A stretch of 32,000 nt of DNA from Candidatus Saccharimonadota bacterium (lineage in GTDB: Bacteria > Pseudomonadota > Gammaproteobacteria > Enterobacterales > Enterobacteriaceae), in assembly GCA_049942765.1 (NCBI GenBank), contig CP188086.1, positions 60,001 through 92,000 of the forward strand. The letters run 5' to 3'. Shown one piece after another: positions 1 to 9,637 of this stretch. The notes below the pieces were generated by a model. It was given only the letters and a program-made list of their open reading frames with translations. It ran no database searches and was not told the DNA's origin. Made by a program: the position numbers and the translations under genes. Numbering within the stretch: position 1 is the stretch's first letter; every line of letters begins with the position of its first letter.

Positions 1-264
1 GTATGAGAATCTTCCTACTTGTTCTAGTTTTCCATGTTGTGATAATGATTCTGAAAGTGTAATTAAATCAATTGGTTGACCAAGTTGTAATAGGTATTGC
101 ATTTCTTTAAATATTATTTGATGAGCTATACTAAAGAAGTCAGATTCTACAATATGTTCTGAAACAACATCCCATTGTTCATTATCTAGCATTAGACCAC
201 CTAACACTGATTGTTCAGCTTCTAAAGAATAAGGTAAAATTTGTACATTATTTATTTTTTTCAT
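1..264 (-). CDS. dnaB: replicative DNA helicase DnaB, N-terminal 88 codons (gene runs off the window start)
   Basis: Not in the ORF track because it is open-ended. The reverse complement from ATG at 264-262 reads MKKINNVQILPYSLEAEQSVLGGLMLDNEQWDVVSEHIVESDFF..., matching the DnaB N-terminal SxEAEQSVLGGLMLDN motif. Confidence 0.9.
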   Translation of the reverse strand, partial: MKKINNVQILPYSLEAEQSVLGGLMLDNEQWDVVSEHIVESDFFSIAHQIIFKEMQYLLQLGQPIDLITLSESLSQHGKLEQVGRFSY

Positions 265-1398
265 ATTATTGTAACAACATGATGTATCTTTTTTATCTAA
301 GGTTAATTGGTTTTTTAAATTACAGTATTAATTAATATTATTGTAATTACAAAAGATATAAAATCATTATATTTAATTTTAATTGATAATGTTATAGAGG
401 TACTCTCATTTGAGTATTTTATTTATTTTTGTATATATTTTATATGTATTTATTTTTATTAAAATAATTGTTGTATGAACATAAAAATTTTTAAATAAAA
501 TTAATTTTTTTTAATTGATAGAAGTTATTTTGAGATTTTTTGATATTTAAATATTATGTAATTTTTATTTGTATTATTGAGATATTTATTGTTTAAATTT
601 TATGTATAAAATATATATATGAAATATATATTATTATATATGTTTTATTTTATTTTTAATATTTTTATTGATTACTAATGTTAGTATATTTTTAGATATA
701 TGCAAAGATAAGTTCTAATTTATTGTGAAATATAAATATTTGTTTTTATATGTATCTATATAGTATGGGATAGATAAAATTTATTTTAAGATATAAGATT
801 TGAATATTAATTATTAGAAAATGTATTTATATTCTAGAATGTTTTAATAAATCTTCAATGTTTTTAATTATATACTTAACATTGTTAAGTATTTTATTTC
901 AGTGTTTGTTATATGTATTTGTACATATTTTATGTAGTTCTAATGTATTAGATAATTATTGTTGTAGAACAATATGTTTTTAATAATTTTTTTTGATTTT
1001 TTTATATAAATATATTTTTGTATTGTATAAATTCAATAATATTTTCTGTTGATTATTAATTATTTAATAAAATTATTATATTAAAAATGTTTATTTTTTA
1101 TTCATATATTTTATATAATTTTGTTATATATATTTTTTTTAATAAAGAATATTTATATTTTTTAATAAAAATATATATTAATAATTGTATAGAAAAATGA
1201 AAATTAAAAATGAATAAATATATTTAATAAAACTAGATATTGCTGATTTTTACTCTTTTTAATAAAGATGTTTAAAATATTTATAATATATATGATTTGA
1301 TTCAATGTTCTATTGTTTTGTTCAATAAGTCACTATGTGTATGATATAATTTAATTGAATAGATATTTCAACAAAAAATTGAAAGAAAGGTAATTGGT

Positions 1399-1959
1399 AT
1401 GGCTAGCAGGGGTGTAAATAAAGTTATTTTAATTGGATATTTGGGACAAGATCCTGATATTCGTTATATGTCTAATGGTAATGCTGTAGCTAATATGACA
1501 TTAGCTACATCTGAGACTTGGAAAGATAAAAATACTGCTGAAGTGAAAGAAAGAACAGAATGGCATCGAATTGTGTTGTTTGGTAAATTAGCGGAGATAG
1601 CAGGAGAGTATTTAAGAAAAGGATCTCAAGTATATATTGAAGGTGCTTTACAAACAAGAAAATGGCAAGATCAAAATGGTTTAGATCGTTATATTACAGA
1701 AATTATTGTTAATATATCTGGTACTATGAAAATGTTAGGAAATCGAAATTCTACTAGTTTACCATCTTCAAATTCTATAAAAAAAACTTCAAATAAGTTT
1801 TCTTTAAAAGAAGAAAATATTTTGGAAGATGATTCAACTACGAATTCATATAAAGAAAAAAATGTTTTAGAGAATCCGGTTAAAAATATGTTAAAAGAAA
1901 AAAATATTGTCGAAAATACTTTATCACCGATAGATTTTGATGATGATATTCCTTTTTAA
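1399..1959 (+). CDS. ssb: single-stranded DNA-binding protein
   Basis: 186 aa ORF. The OB-fold region [19 protein letters not shown]...[30 protein letters not shown] is close to E. coli SSB. The C-terminal tip DFDDDIPF is conserved. Confidence 0.97.
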   Translation: MASRGVNKVILIGYLGQDPDIRYMSNGNAVANMTLATSETWKDKNTAEVKERTEWHRIVLFGKLAEIAGEYLRKGSQVYIEGALQTRKWQDQNGLDRYITEIIVNISGTMKMLGNRNSTSLPSSNSIKKTSNKFSLKEENILEDDSTTNSYKEKNVLENPVKNMLKEKNIVENTLSPIDFDDDIPF

Positions 1960-1982
1960 GAATAGAATGTATTTATTTTATA

Positions 1983-2035
1983 AATATAGCTCAATATATA
2001 TAATAATTTTTTATATAGAGCTATATTGATTTTTT
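1983..2035. terminator. hairpin between convergent ssb and bioH, likely the ssb terminator
   Basis: Perfect 10-bp inverted repeat AATATAGCTC (1983-1992) / GAGCTATATT (2018-2027), followed by GA and T6 (2030-2035). Confidence 0.5.
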
Positions 2036-2130
2036 AATTACTATTTTTTAAAAAATATTATGTAATATTGAAGAAAATATTATGTTTACAAAATATTGAT
2101 GTAAGTAATTGGTGTTTACTAGAATTAAAC

Positions 2131-2925
2131 TTATAATGAGAATTTATTTATTTTTTTTTTAAAAAAATCAAAAAATTTAAGTATTATATTACAAAATTGT
2201 TGAGATTGGGAAATAAATGGTACATGTGCAGAATGCATTAATGTAACAGAATATGTATTAGGCCAAGTTTGATCTAAAATATTTTTTATGTCATAAGGTA
2301 CAATATTATCTAATTTTCCGTATATTCTTAAAAATGGTAAATTAGATTTTATTAATTGATTTCTCAAATCAGTATAGATTAATAAGTCTAATCCATATTT
2401 TAATGCCAATTCATCAGGTTTAGAGTCTAACATCATCATATCTATTAAATTGTTTATGGTATCTTTAGAATTTCCTAATTTTGTATGTATAACTAAAAAA
2501 TTTTTTATGGTGTTAAAGTAGTTTTTTTTTATATCATGGTAGTATTTTTTAAACAAGTGTTCGGTAACACCTGGCCAGTTTTTCTTTTTTAGAAAACATG
2601 GAGAAGAGCTTACTGTAATTATACCTAGAATGTCATCAGGGTAATCGAATATTATTTTTTGAGCAATTAAACCACCGAGAGACCACCCCATTAAAATAGA
2701 ATTTTTAGGAATGTTAGTATATATACTATATATAATGTCCTTAAAATTTATGTATTGATATTTATAGTTTTTACCATAACCGGGTAAATCAATAAGATAT
2801 AATGTACATTTTTCTTTAAGTATATTAATAATAGGATACCATATTTTTGAATTTAAAACCCATCCATGTAATAAAATTAGATTGATGTCGCCCTTACCTA
2901 TTGTATTTACAATTAATTTTTTCAT
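2131..2925 (-). CDS. bioH: pimeloyl-ACP methyl ester esterase BioH (alpha/beta hydrolase)
   Basis: 264 aa ORF, collinear with E. coli BioH. It has LILLHGW, the nucleophile elbow GWSLGG, the YGKLDNIVP Asp region and the SAHVPFIS His region. Confidence 0.9.
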   Translation of the reverse strand: MKKLIVNTIGKGDINLILLHGWVLNSKIWYPIINILKEKCTLYLIDLPGYGKNYKYQYINFKDIIYSIYTNIPKNSILMGWSLGGLIAQKIIFDYPDDILGIITVSSSPCFLKKKNWPGVTEHLFKKYYHDIKKNYFNTIKNFLVIHTKLGNSKDTINNLIDMMMLDSKPDELALKYGLDLLIYTDLRNQLIKSNLPFLRIYGKLDNIVPYDIKNILDQTWPNTYSVTLMHSAHVPFISQSQQFCNIILKFFDFFKKKINKFSL

Positions 2926-3068
2926 TATTGTCTTTATGTTTTTTATATTGTATTTTTTAAAATATTATATATTTTAATATATTATGTTTGAATTGTTGTT
3001 TTGCGTTGTATTAATAATATTAATAGGTTAAAATTATTTAAATTTGTACAATTATTTTATAATTTTTT

Positions 3069-3644
3069 ATGATTTATATTTCTGATGAAGCTCAAAAATA
3101 TTTATTGCAGTTATTAATTAAAGAAGAGAAAGATACTAATATTAGAATATTTATTAATAATGTTGGTAGTAATCTAGCAGAAGGTAAAGTAGCTTATTGT
3201 CATAAGAATGATATATTATCTTCTGATAAGGTATTTTACTATACTGGTTTTTCAGTGTATATCAATCAAAGATATTTATCTTATTTATATCAGGCTACAA
3301 TTGATTTAGTTGTAGATAAATTAGAACAAAGATTAACTTTAAACGCTCCATATATTAAGTCTAGTAGAAATGCTAGAGATAAATCTTTATATTTTTTAGT
3401 AGAAGATTTTTTAGAATCCTATATAAATCCTAAATTGTTATTTCATGGAGGTAAAGTTTCATTAATTAAGATAACAAGTTCAGGTGATGTTTTAATTAAA
3501 TTTAGTGGAGGATGCAATGGTTGTTCAATGGTAAATCAAACTTTAAAAGAGGGTGTAGAAAAAACATTATTATCGAATTTTCCTAACTTAAATAGTGTTA
3601 AAGATATAACTGAACATGATTATGGACAACATTCATTTTGTTAA
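3069..3644 (+). CDS. nfuA: Fe-S cluster carrier NfuA
   Basis: 191 aa, same length as E. coli NfuA. The C-terminal Nfu domain has HGGKVSL...FSGGCNGCSM (CXXC) ...TLKEGVEKTLL...TEH. Confidence 0.93.
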   Translation: MIYISDEAQKYLLQLLIKEEKDTNIRIFINNVGSNLAEGKVAYCHKNDILSSDKVFYYTGFSVYINQRYLSYLYQATIDLVVDKLEQRLTLNAPYIKSSRNARDKSLYFLVEDFLESYINPKLLFHGGKVSLIKITSSGDVLIKFSGGCNGCSMVNQTLKEGVEKTLLSNFPNLNSVKDITEHDYGQHSFC

Positions 3645-4183
3645 TAAATATATATTTAATATATTTTATATTGAAATGTTTAGTTTAATTGTATTTTTTT
3701 AATTTATTTATTTTATATATATTTTTATGTGTTTCGGTGTATATTAGTTGTGAGAAATTCATATTATTAATGTAATGTTATTACATAATCAATTAATAAT
3801 AAGAATATTGTTTTTTAAATATGCATAATTAATGTTATCAGTTAATCAATTGTTTATATTTGGTTATAATTATTTTAATCATTGTTGATATAAACATTTC
3901 TGTTAAATATTATTTACTTATGTTATAAGTACTTATCTATTTTAAATTATTTCTTAATATTGATATATTATTTGAATTTTTTTTATAGGAATGTTAAAAA
4001 CAATTTTTGTTTTGAATACAAAAATAATTATTTTTTGTTCTATTAACAATAAACTTTTATAGTGACAATGAATTATCATTTAATTATTGAAAATAACAAT
4101 AATTTTTAGTTTAATTTTAATTATGTATGAATATTTTTTTTAAAATTTATATTTAATAAAAATTAATAGATTTGTATGCAAAT

Positions 4184-5830
4184 ATGTATTTTTTGAATAT
4201 TAATAAAGTATATAACGTTAATCAGAAATAATTTGATAAAAAAAGACGTACTTTTTATATGACTGTATTATTCTGATATTGAAAAAACACTGTTATTGAA
4301 AAGTTTTTTATTAGGGAAATTTCTGTATTTAGTCAAATCTGTAAAATAGGGAATTAGGTTTTGATTTTAATTTGATTGTATGAAAATTAAGCAAAATAGA
4401 GGTTTTTCTATTGCTACATTAGTAATGTATTTTTTTTATAAAAATTGTCATATTGATTTGTTATATACTACTGTTTATAAGGATTTTTCGGAAGAAACGT
4501 ATATAATATTTTTTGTATTAAATTGTTTTATTATACTTATTAATATTGCTAAAGGTATAGAAATTTGTAATAAAACATTAATGAATGTAATTGAATTACA
4601 TGACATTCCAATATTAATTTTCATTAACGAATTAGATCGAGAAAGTAAAGATCATATAGTTTAATTAGATGAAATTGCATTAAAATTTAATTTATTATGT
4701 ATATCTATGACGTGTACTATAGGTTGTTGCTGTTTATTTGGTGGAATGTATATTATTTTTTTTAATTCTATATTAGAAATTTATGAATTTTATTAATAAG
4801 AAAAATATTTATTTTGTAAATGCATAGTATATGATAAACAAATCATTTATTTCTTAAGAAGACATTTTGGATTAGATAAAGTTAATAATTTTAATGGAAG
4901 AATTAGATTGAATTAAAAATTTTTACGTATAGTAAAACTTAAATAATTTTCTAATTAGACAATCAACACCAGTATTTTTTGAAAGTGTATATGTAATATA
5001 GGTATTATCATTTATTTATTTTTTTAGTAAAAAAGGGATTTATATTTACATTTAAAGACAGTGATATTTGTAGAATATAACCTGAAAAAAAAATAGTTTT
5101 AATAAATTTGTATTTAAATATAGGTTAAGATGTATTTAAATATCGAGATCGGATTATTTTTTCAGTAGTTTCGAAAAATATTACAAGGGGATAAAATTAA
5201 AATATAGCTAGGATAGATAAAATTCTTATAGTGAATAATACTATTTATTTTTTAGTAAATGTTAGATATTTTATTTAGGATACTTATCCTGGTAATGTTA
5301 TAAGGATAGATAATCATATTATGATTGAAGATATTTTGATTAAAGGTAAAGAAATAAATTTTATTGAGTTTGATAATTTTGTTCAGTAACATTTTGTTTT
5401 TTTTTAAATTTATTATATAAAAAATGATTATTAAAGATTTTTTTCGATTATTTGAAGAAGGATTGTGAACATATTTACATTTATTATACATTCTAATGTG
5501 TAATTGATGTAGTATAAAATTTATAGTTAGATGTAATTAAAGAAAGATTAAATCTATATATATTATAGACATACTGTAAATATATATTAATTTTATTTTT
5601 ATTTGTTGGATTCACTCTAATAATGGGATATGATTGTGTGAATTTTTAAATAAATATAAAAGTCAATTATATTTAAATCAAAATAATTATATTATTATAT
5701 AATTTATATTACTTTTGGTTTTTTTTGTTTAAATTTAATGATATCTAGAAATAAAAATATATAATTTAAAAATATAAATGATTATCAAATGCAGATGAGT
5801 TTTAATATTTAAAATACATTGTAGTTTCAT
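4184..5830 (+). pseudogene. prfC: peptide chain release factor 3 (RF3) pseudogene, roughly full length, heavily eroded; boundaries approximate
   Basis: Collinear RF3-like segments lie in three different frames with many stops. They include KKRRTFYMTVLF (4238-4273) and the P-loop relic SDIEKT (4272-4289). ORF 4380-4664 reads KQNRGFSIATLVMYFFY..DLLYTTVYKDFSEETY...IPILIFINELDRE, then TAA, then LDEIALKFNLLCISMTCTIGCC. Further on are QSTPVFFESV (4960-4989), KYRDRIIFSVVS...DTYPGNVIRIDNHIMIEDILIKG (from 5138) and LDVIKERLN (from 5527). Confidence 0.88.
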
Positions 5831-6011
5831 TATATATGTAAATATTTTATTTTTTTTTAAGAAAGATCACAAATAATGTTTTTTAAAATATATGAGTATT
5901 AGTATTTTATGCTAAAATAATTTTTATTTGTTGTAGTCATAGACTATTTGACACAATGGAATTGGTTGTATTGCTATAGATATGTTTATAATATCTTAGA
6001 GATAAAAGTAT

Positions 6012-7235
6012 ATGAATAGGGTTTTTGTATTATTGTTAGATTCATTTGGTATAGGTTCTTCTTTAGATGCAGATAAATTTAATGATGTAGGTGCTAATAC
6101 CTTTGGTCATATTAACGAAATGTGTTTTTTAGGAAAAGCCAATTTAGGACGATTTGGATGTTTACGAATCCCTAATTTAATTAGTTTAGGATTAGGTCAT
6201 CTATATCATAGGATAACTGGTGAATATCCTGTTGGATTAGATATTAACATAAATGTCAAAGGTAGTTACGCTTACGCTAGTGCTGTTTCAATGGACAAAG
6301 ATACTTTATCTGGACATTTTGAAATAATGGGTTCTCCGTTATTAAGATCATTAGATCGATTTGTTAAAAAACGAAATAGTTTTCCTATGTTATTATTGGA
6401 TAAAATAATTAAAGAATCTAATATTACTGGTTTTCTTGGTAATTGCCATTCTTCTGGTCTTGATGTATTAACTCAGTTTGGTGAAGAACATATGAAGACA
6501 GGGAAACCTATTTTTTATACTTCATCAGATTCTGTGTTTCAAATTGCTTGTCATGAACAAACATTTGGTTTAGATCGTCTATATAAATTATCTTTAATTG
6601 TGCGTGATATATTAAATAATAATGATTATTATATAGGACGAGTTATTGCTAGACCATTTATTGGTTTGAATCAAAAAAATTTTAAACGAACATGTAATCG
6701 AAGGGACTATTCGATATTACCAAATAATATTTCTGTATTAGAGAAATTAATTATAGAAAAACAAGGTCATGTTATTGGTATTGGGAAAGTAGCAGATATT
6801 TTTTCAGGTGTGGGTTTTACGAAAACAGTTATTTCTAGTGGTTTATTAGATTTATTGATGAAAACAATACATGAAATACAAGAATGTCCATATAATTCAA
6901 TTATCTTTACTAATTTTTCAGATTTTGATTCAATTTGGGGGCATAGACGTGATGTATCAGGATATGCAAAAGGATTAGAGTTATTTGATATTTATTTATT
7001 AAATATAATTAATCATATGGATAAACAAGATTTATTAATAATTACGGCAGATCATGGATGTGATCCTACTTGGGTTGGGTTTGATCATACTAGAGAATAT
7101 ATTCCTATATTATTATATCAAATTGGAATGAGTAGTATGTTCTTAGGACATCGTCGTACTTTTTCAGATATAGCTCAAACGATTGCTACTTTTTTTTCGT
7201 TATCGAGAATGCAGTATGGTCTTAGTATGATGTAA
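6012..7235 (+). CDS. deoB: phosphopentomutase
   Basis: 407 aa, same length as E. coli DeoB. Conserved blocks: LLDSFGIG, KDTLSGHFE, LGNCHSSG, EEHMKTGKPIFYTSSDSVFQIACHE, WGHRRDV, TADHGCDPTW. Confidence 0.96.
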   Translation: MNRVFVLLLDSFGIGSSLDADKFNDVGANTFGHINEMCFLGKANLGRFGCLRIPNLISLGLGHLYHRITGEYPVGLDININVKGSYAYASAVSMDKDTLSGHFEIMGSPLLRSLDRFVKKRNSFPMLLLDKIIKESNITGFLGNCHSSGLDVLTQFGEEHMKTGKPIFYTSSDSVFQIACHEQTFGLDRLYKLSLIVRDILNNNDYYIGRVIARPFIGLNQKNFKRTCNRRDYSILPNNISVLEKLIIEKQGHVIGIGKVADIFSGVGFTKTVISSGLLDLLMKTIHEIQECPYNSIIFTNFSDFDSIWGHRRDVSGYAKGLELFDIYLLNIINHMDKQDLLIITADHGCDPTWVGFDHTREYIPILLYQIGMSSMFLGHRRTFSDIAQTIATFFSLSRMQYGLSMM

Positions 7236-7314
7236 TAGTTGTTTATGATTGCTGAATTAGTTATAGTCAATATTATGACTTAATTGTTATATAATTATGG
7301 ATTAATAAATTATT

Positions 7315-8028
7315 ATGAGTTTACATATTAATGCTATCAATGGTGATTTTTCAGAGGTAGTTTTAATGCCAGGGGATCCTCATAGAGCTAAATATATTTC
7401 GGAAAAATATTTAACCTCTAGTATATTAGTAAGTAATATGCGTTCTATGTTAGGTTATACTGGTTATTATAAAGATAAGAAAGTTTCTATTCTAAGTCAT
7501 GGTATTGGAATTCCATCTTGTTCAATTTATATTTATGAATTAGTTAAGGAATTCGATGTAAAAAAAATTATTCGTATAGGAACGTGTGGAACTTTAAGTT
7601 CTATGGTTAAATTGCGTAATATTATTGTTAGTATAGGTGCATGTACGGATTCTCAAGTAAATCGATCACGATTTAATGGACAAGATTTATCTGCTATTGC
7701 TGATTTTAATATGTTATTGAATGTTGTTCATCTTTCAAAAAAATTAAATATAGAAATATTAGTTGGTAATTTATTTAGTACAGATCTTTTTTATTCTAGC
7801 AGAGATAATAGTAGATGGAATCTCATTAATAAATTTAATATATTAGGAATTGATATGGAAACTGCTGGTATATATGGATTATCATTAGAATTAGGTATTA
7901 AATCTTTATCATTATGCACGGTTTCAGATCATTTAATGACAAATGAAAGAATATCTTATCAAGATAGAGAAAGTACTTTAGATAATATGATTTTATTAGC
8001 TTTAGAATCGACATTAATGGATTGTTAA
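7315..8028 (+). CDS. deoD: purine nucleoside phosphorylase DeoD-type
   Basis: 237 aa ORF. MPGDPHRAKYI, SHGIGIPS, RIGTCG and GIDMETAG are typical of hexameric PNP. Confidence 0.95.
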   Translation: MSLHINAINGDFSEVVLMPGDPHRAKYISEKYLTSSILVSNMRSMLGYTGYYKDKKVSILSHGIGIPSCSIYIYELVKEFDVKKIIRIGTCGTLSSMVKLRNIIVSIGACTDSQVNRSRFNGQDLSAIADFNMLLNVVHLSKKLNIEILVGNLFSTDLFYSSRDNSRWNLINKFNILGIDMETAGIYGLSLELGIKSLSLCTVSDHLMTNERISYQDRESTLDNMILLALESTLMDC

Positions 8029-8103
8029 TATTTTTATTAAAAATTAAATTTTTAAAATTGTTAATTATTAATTTCTATAGATATTTATTATGTATTTTAA
8101 TTT

Positions 8104-8188
8104 TGGTGAGAAAGGGATTCGAACCCTTGATACGTTTTCGTATACATGCTTTCCAGGCATGCTCCTTAATCCTCTCGGACACCTCACC
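8104..8188 (-). tRNA. tRNA-Ser, anticodon GGA, class II long variable arm, no encoded CCA
   Basis: The reverse complement reads GGTGAGG TG TCC GAGAGGATTAA GGA G CATGC CTGGAAA GCATG TATACGAAAACGTATC AAGGG TTCGAAT CCCTT TCTCACC A. It folds as a cloverleaf and is close to E. coli tRNA-Ser(GGA). The 3' flank is AAA rather than CCA. Confidence 0.93.
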
Positions 8189-8243
8189 ATGTGTTACATT
8201 ATTAATAATAAATTAATTTTTTTTAATTTATTTTTTTTAGTTT

Positions 8244-8271
8244 GTACTGTTGTACAGTGCTTATTTTTTTT
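8244..8271 (+). terminator. terminator-like hairpin plus T8 downstream of deoD and the antisense tRNA
   Basis: GTACTGT / ACAGTGC stem (7 bp including one G-U, 3-nt loop) at 8244-8260, then TTA and T8 (8264-8271). Confidence 0.35.
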
Positions 8272-9066
8272 ATAACATATAATGTTTTATATGAAAACAT
8301 ATATAACTTTCAAATTTCAATATTTTTTATAAAATATAGTGTATTTTTTAATATTGATTCAACATTTACATATGGAATATTATTTATTGTAATGCTTAAT
8401 AAAATTTATTTAATAAGGTATATTGAATATTGTAAGAATCATATGTAACATTTTAAAATATAATAAGTATTTTTTAATATATAAATTATTATTAATAATT
8501 AGAATTATTTTATGAATGATATTACCATTGATTTATATTTTATACAAATAAAAATAGTATTTAAAATACAGTAAATAATGTAATTATTTTTTGTATTAAA
8601 TGTAGATATTTAATATAATATTATTATATAGAAATAAATTTTACTAGATCTATATTATTATTTAATCTTAAAATAACGTGATTTCTCAATTTTTTAGGTT
8701 TATTAAAATATTAATTGATATTTCTATTTCTAATTATAGTTATATTCATAATTATTGTTATAGTATTTTATTCTATATATGTATTATGTATTTATCAATC
8801 AAGAGGTTGTGTACTAGATGATTTCGTCTTGATATATATTTTATGATATAATTTTATATAAAATTTATATTGATTGTTTTTTAGTAATATCGTTAGTAAT
8901 ATTTATATAAATTGTAATAGTTAAATTTGTAAAATCATAAAGAGATTTGATTTATTTAAATAGTATTTGTTCATTAATTTTTTTATTTATGATGTAATTT
9001 TTGCACTAAATTTTACCAGCTATTTTGTGCTGGATATCATTCACAAATTATATTAGTAATATATAT

Positions 9067-9597
9067 ATGGCAGAAAAACGCAATATTTTTCTAGTAGGAC
9101 CTATGGGGGCTGGGAAAAGTACTATAGGTAGACAATTAGCGCAACAGCTTAATATGGATTTTTATGATTCTGATCAAGAAATTGAACGTCGGACAGGTGC
9201 TGATATAAGTTGGGTTTTTGATTTAGAAGGTGAACAAGGATTTCGTGATAGAGAAGAAAAAATTATTAATGAATTAACTGAAAAACAAGGTATTATATTA
9301 GCTACTGGTGGTGGTTCAATTCTATCAAAGAAGACCAGGAATCGTCTTTCATCAAGAGGTGTTGTAGTTTATTTAGAGACTAGTATTGAAAAACAGTTAT
9401 TGAGAACTAAGCGTGATAGAAAAAGACCGTTGTTACAAGTAGATAATAAAAAATCATCAGTTTATTTAATTTTATCAAATTTAGCTAATGATAGAAATCC
9501 GTTTTATGAGGAAATCGCAGATATCAAAATCAGTACTGATCATAAAACTGCAAAATCTGTTTCCTACTTTATTATACAACTTTTAGAAAAAAAATAA
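9067..9597 (+). CDS. aroK: shikimate kinase I
   Basis: From the internal ATG at 9067 the ORF reads [44 protein letters not shown], almost identical to the E. coli AroK N-terminus. The ORF-track start at 9025 adds 14 non-homologous residues. Confidence 0.96.
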   Translation: MAEKRNIFLVGPMGAGKSTIGRQLAQQLNMDFYDSDQEIERRTGADISWVFDLEGEQGFRDREEKIINELTEKQGIILATGGGSILSKKTRNRLSSRGVVVYLETSIEKQLLRTKRDRKRPLLQVDNKKSSVYLILSNLANDRNPFYEEIADIKISTDHKTAKSVSYFIIQLLEKK

Positions 9598-9637
9598 TTA
9601 TATAATAATTACAATAATAAGGTTTATAAAAAATAAC

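Noticed and set aside
4380-4664. 94-aa ORF that could be called a small protein gene
   Set aside because: It is the best preserved internal piece of the prfC relic (residues equivalent to about 55-145 of RF3). It lacks the P-loop, has DTPGH mutated to YTTVY, and is flanked by out-of-frame and stop-interrupted RF3 sequence.
5252-5491. 79-aa minus-strand ORF
   Set aside because: It lies antisense to the prfC relic (the KYRDRIIF...DTYPGNV segment). It is a low-complexity Asn/Ile/Lys-rich product with no recognisable family.
8022-8448. Three overlapping plus-strand ORFs (8022-8216, 8090-8275, 8242-8448)
   Set aside because: Two run antisense through the tRNA-Ser gene and all are Phe/Ile/Leu/Asn low-complexity translations of AT-rich spacer. 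There is no SD or homology.
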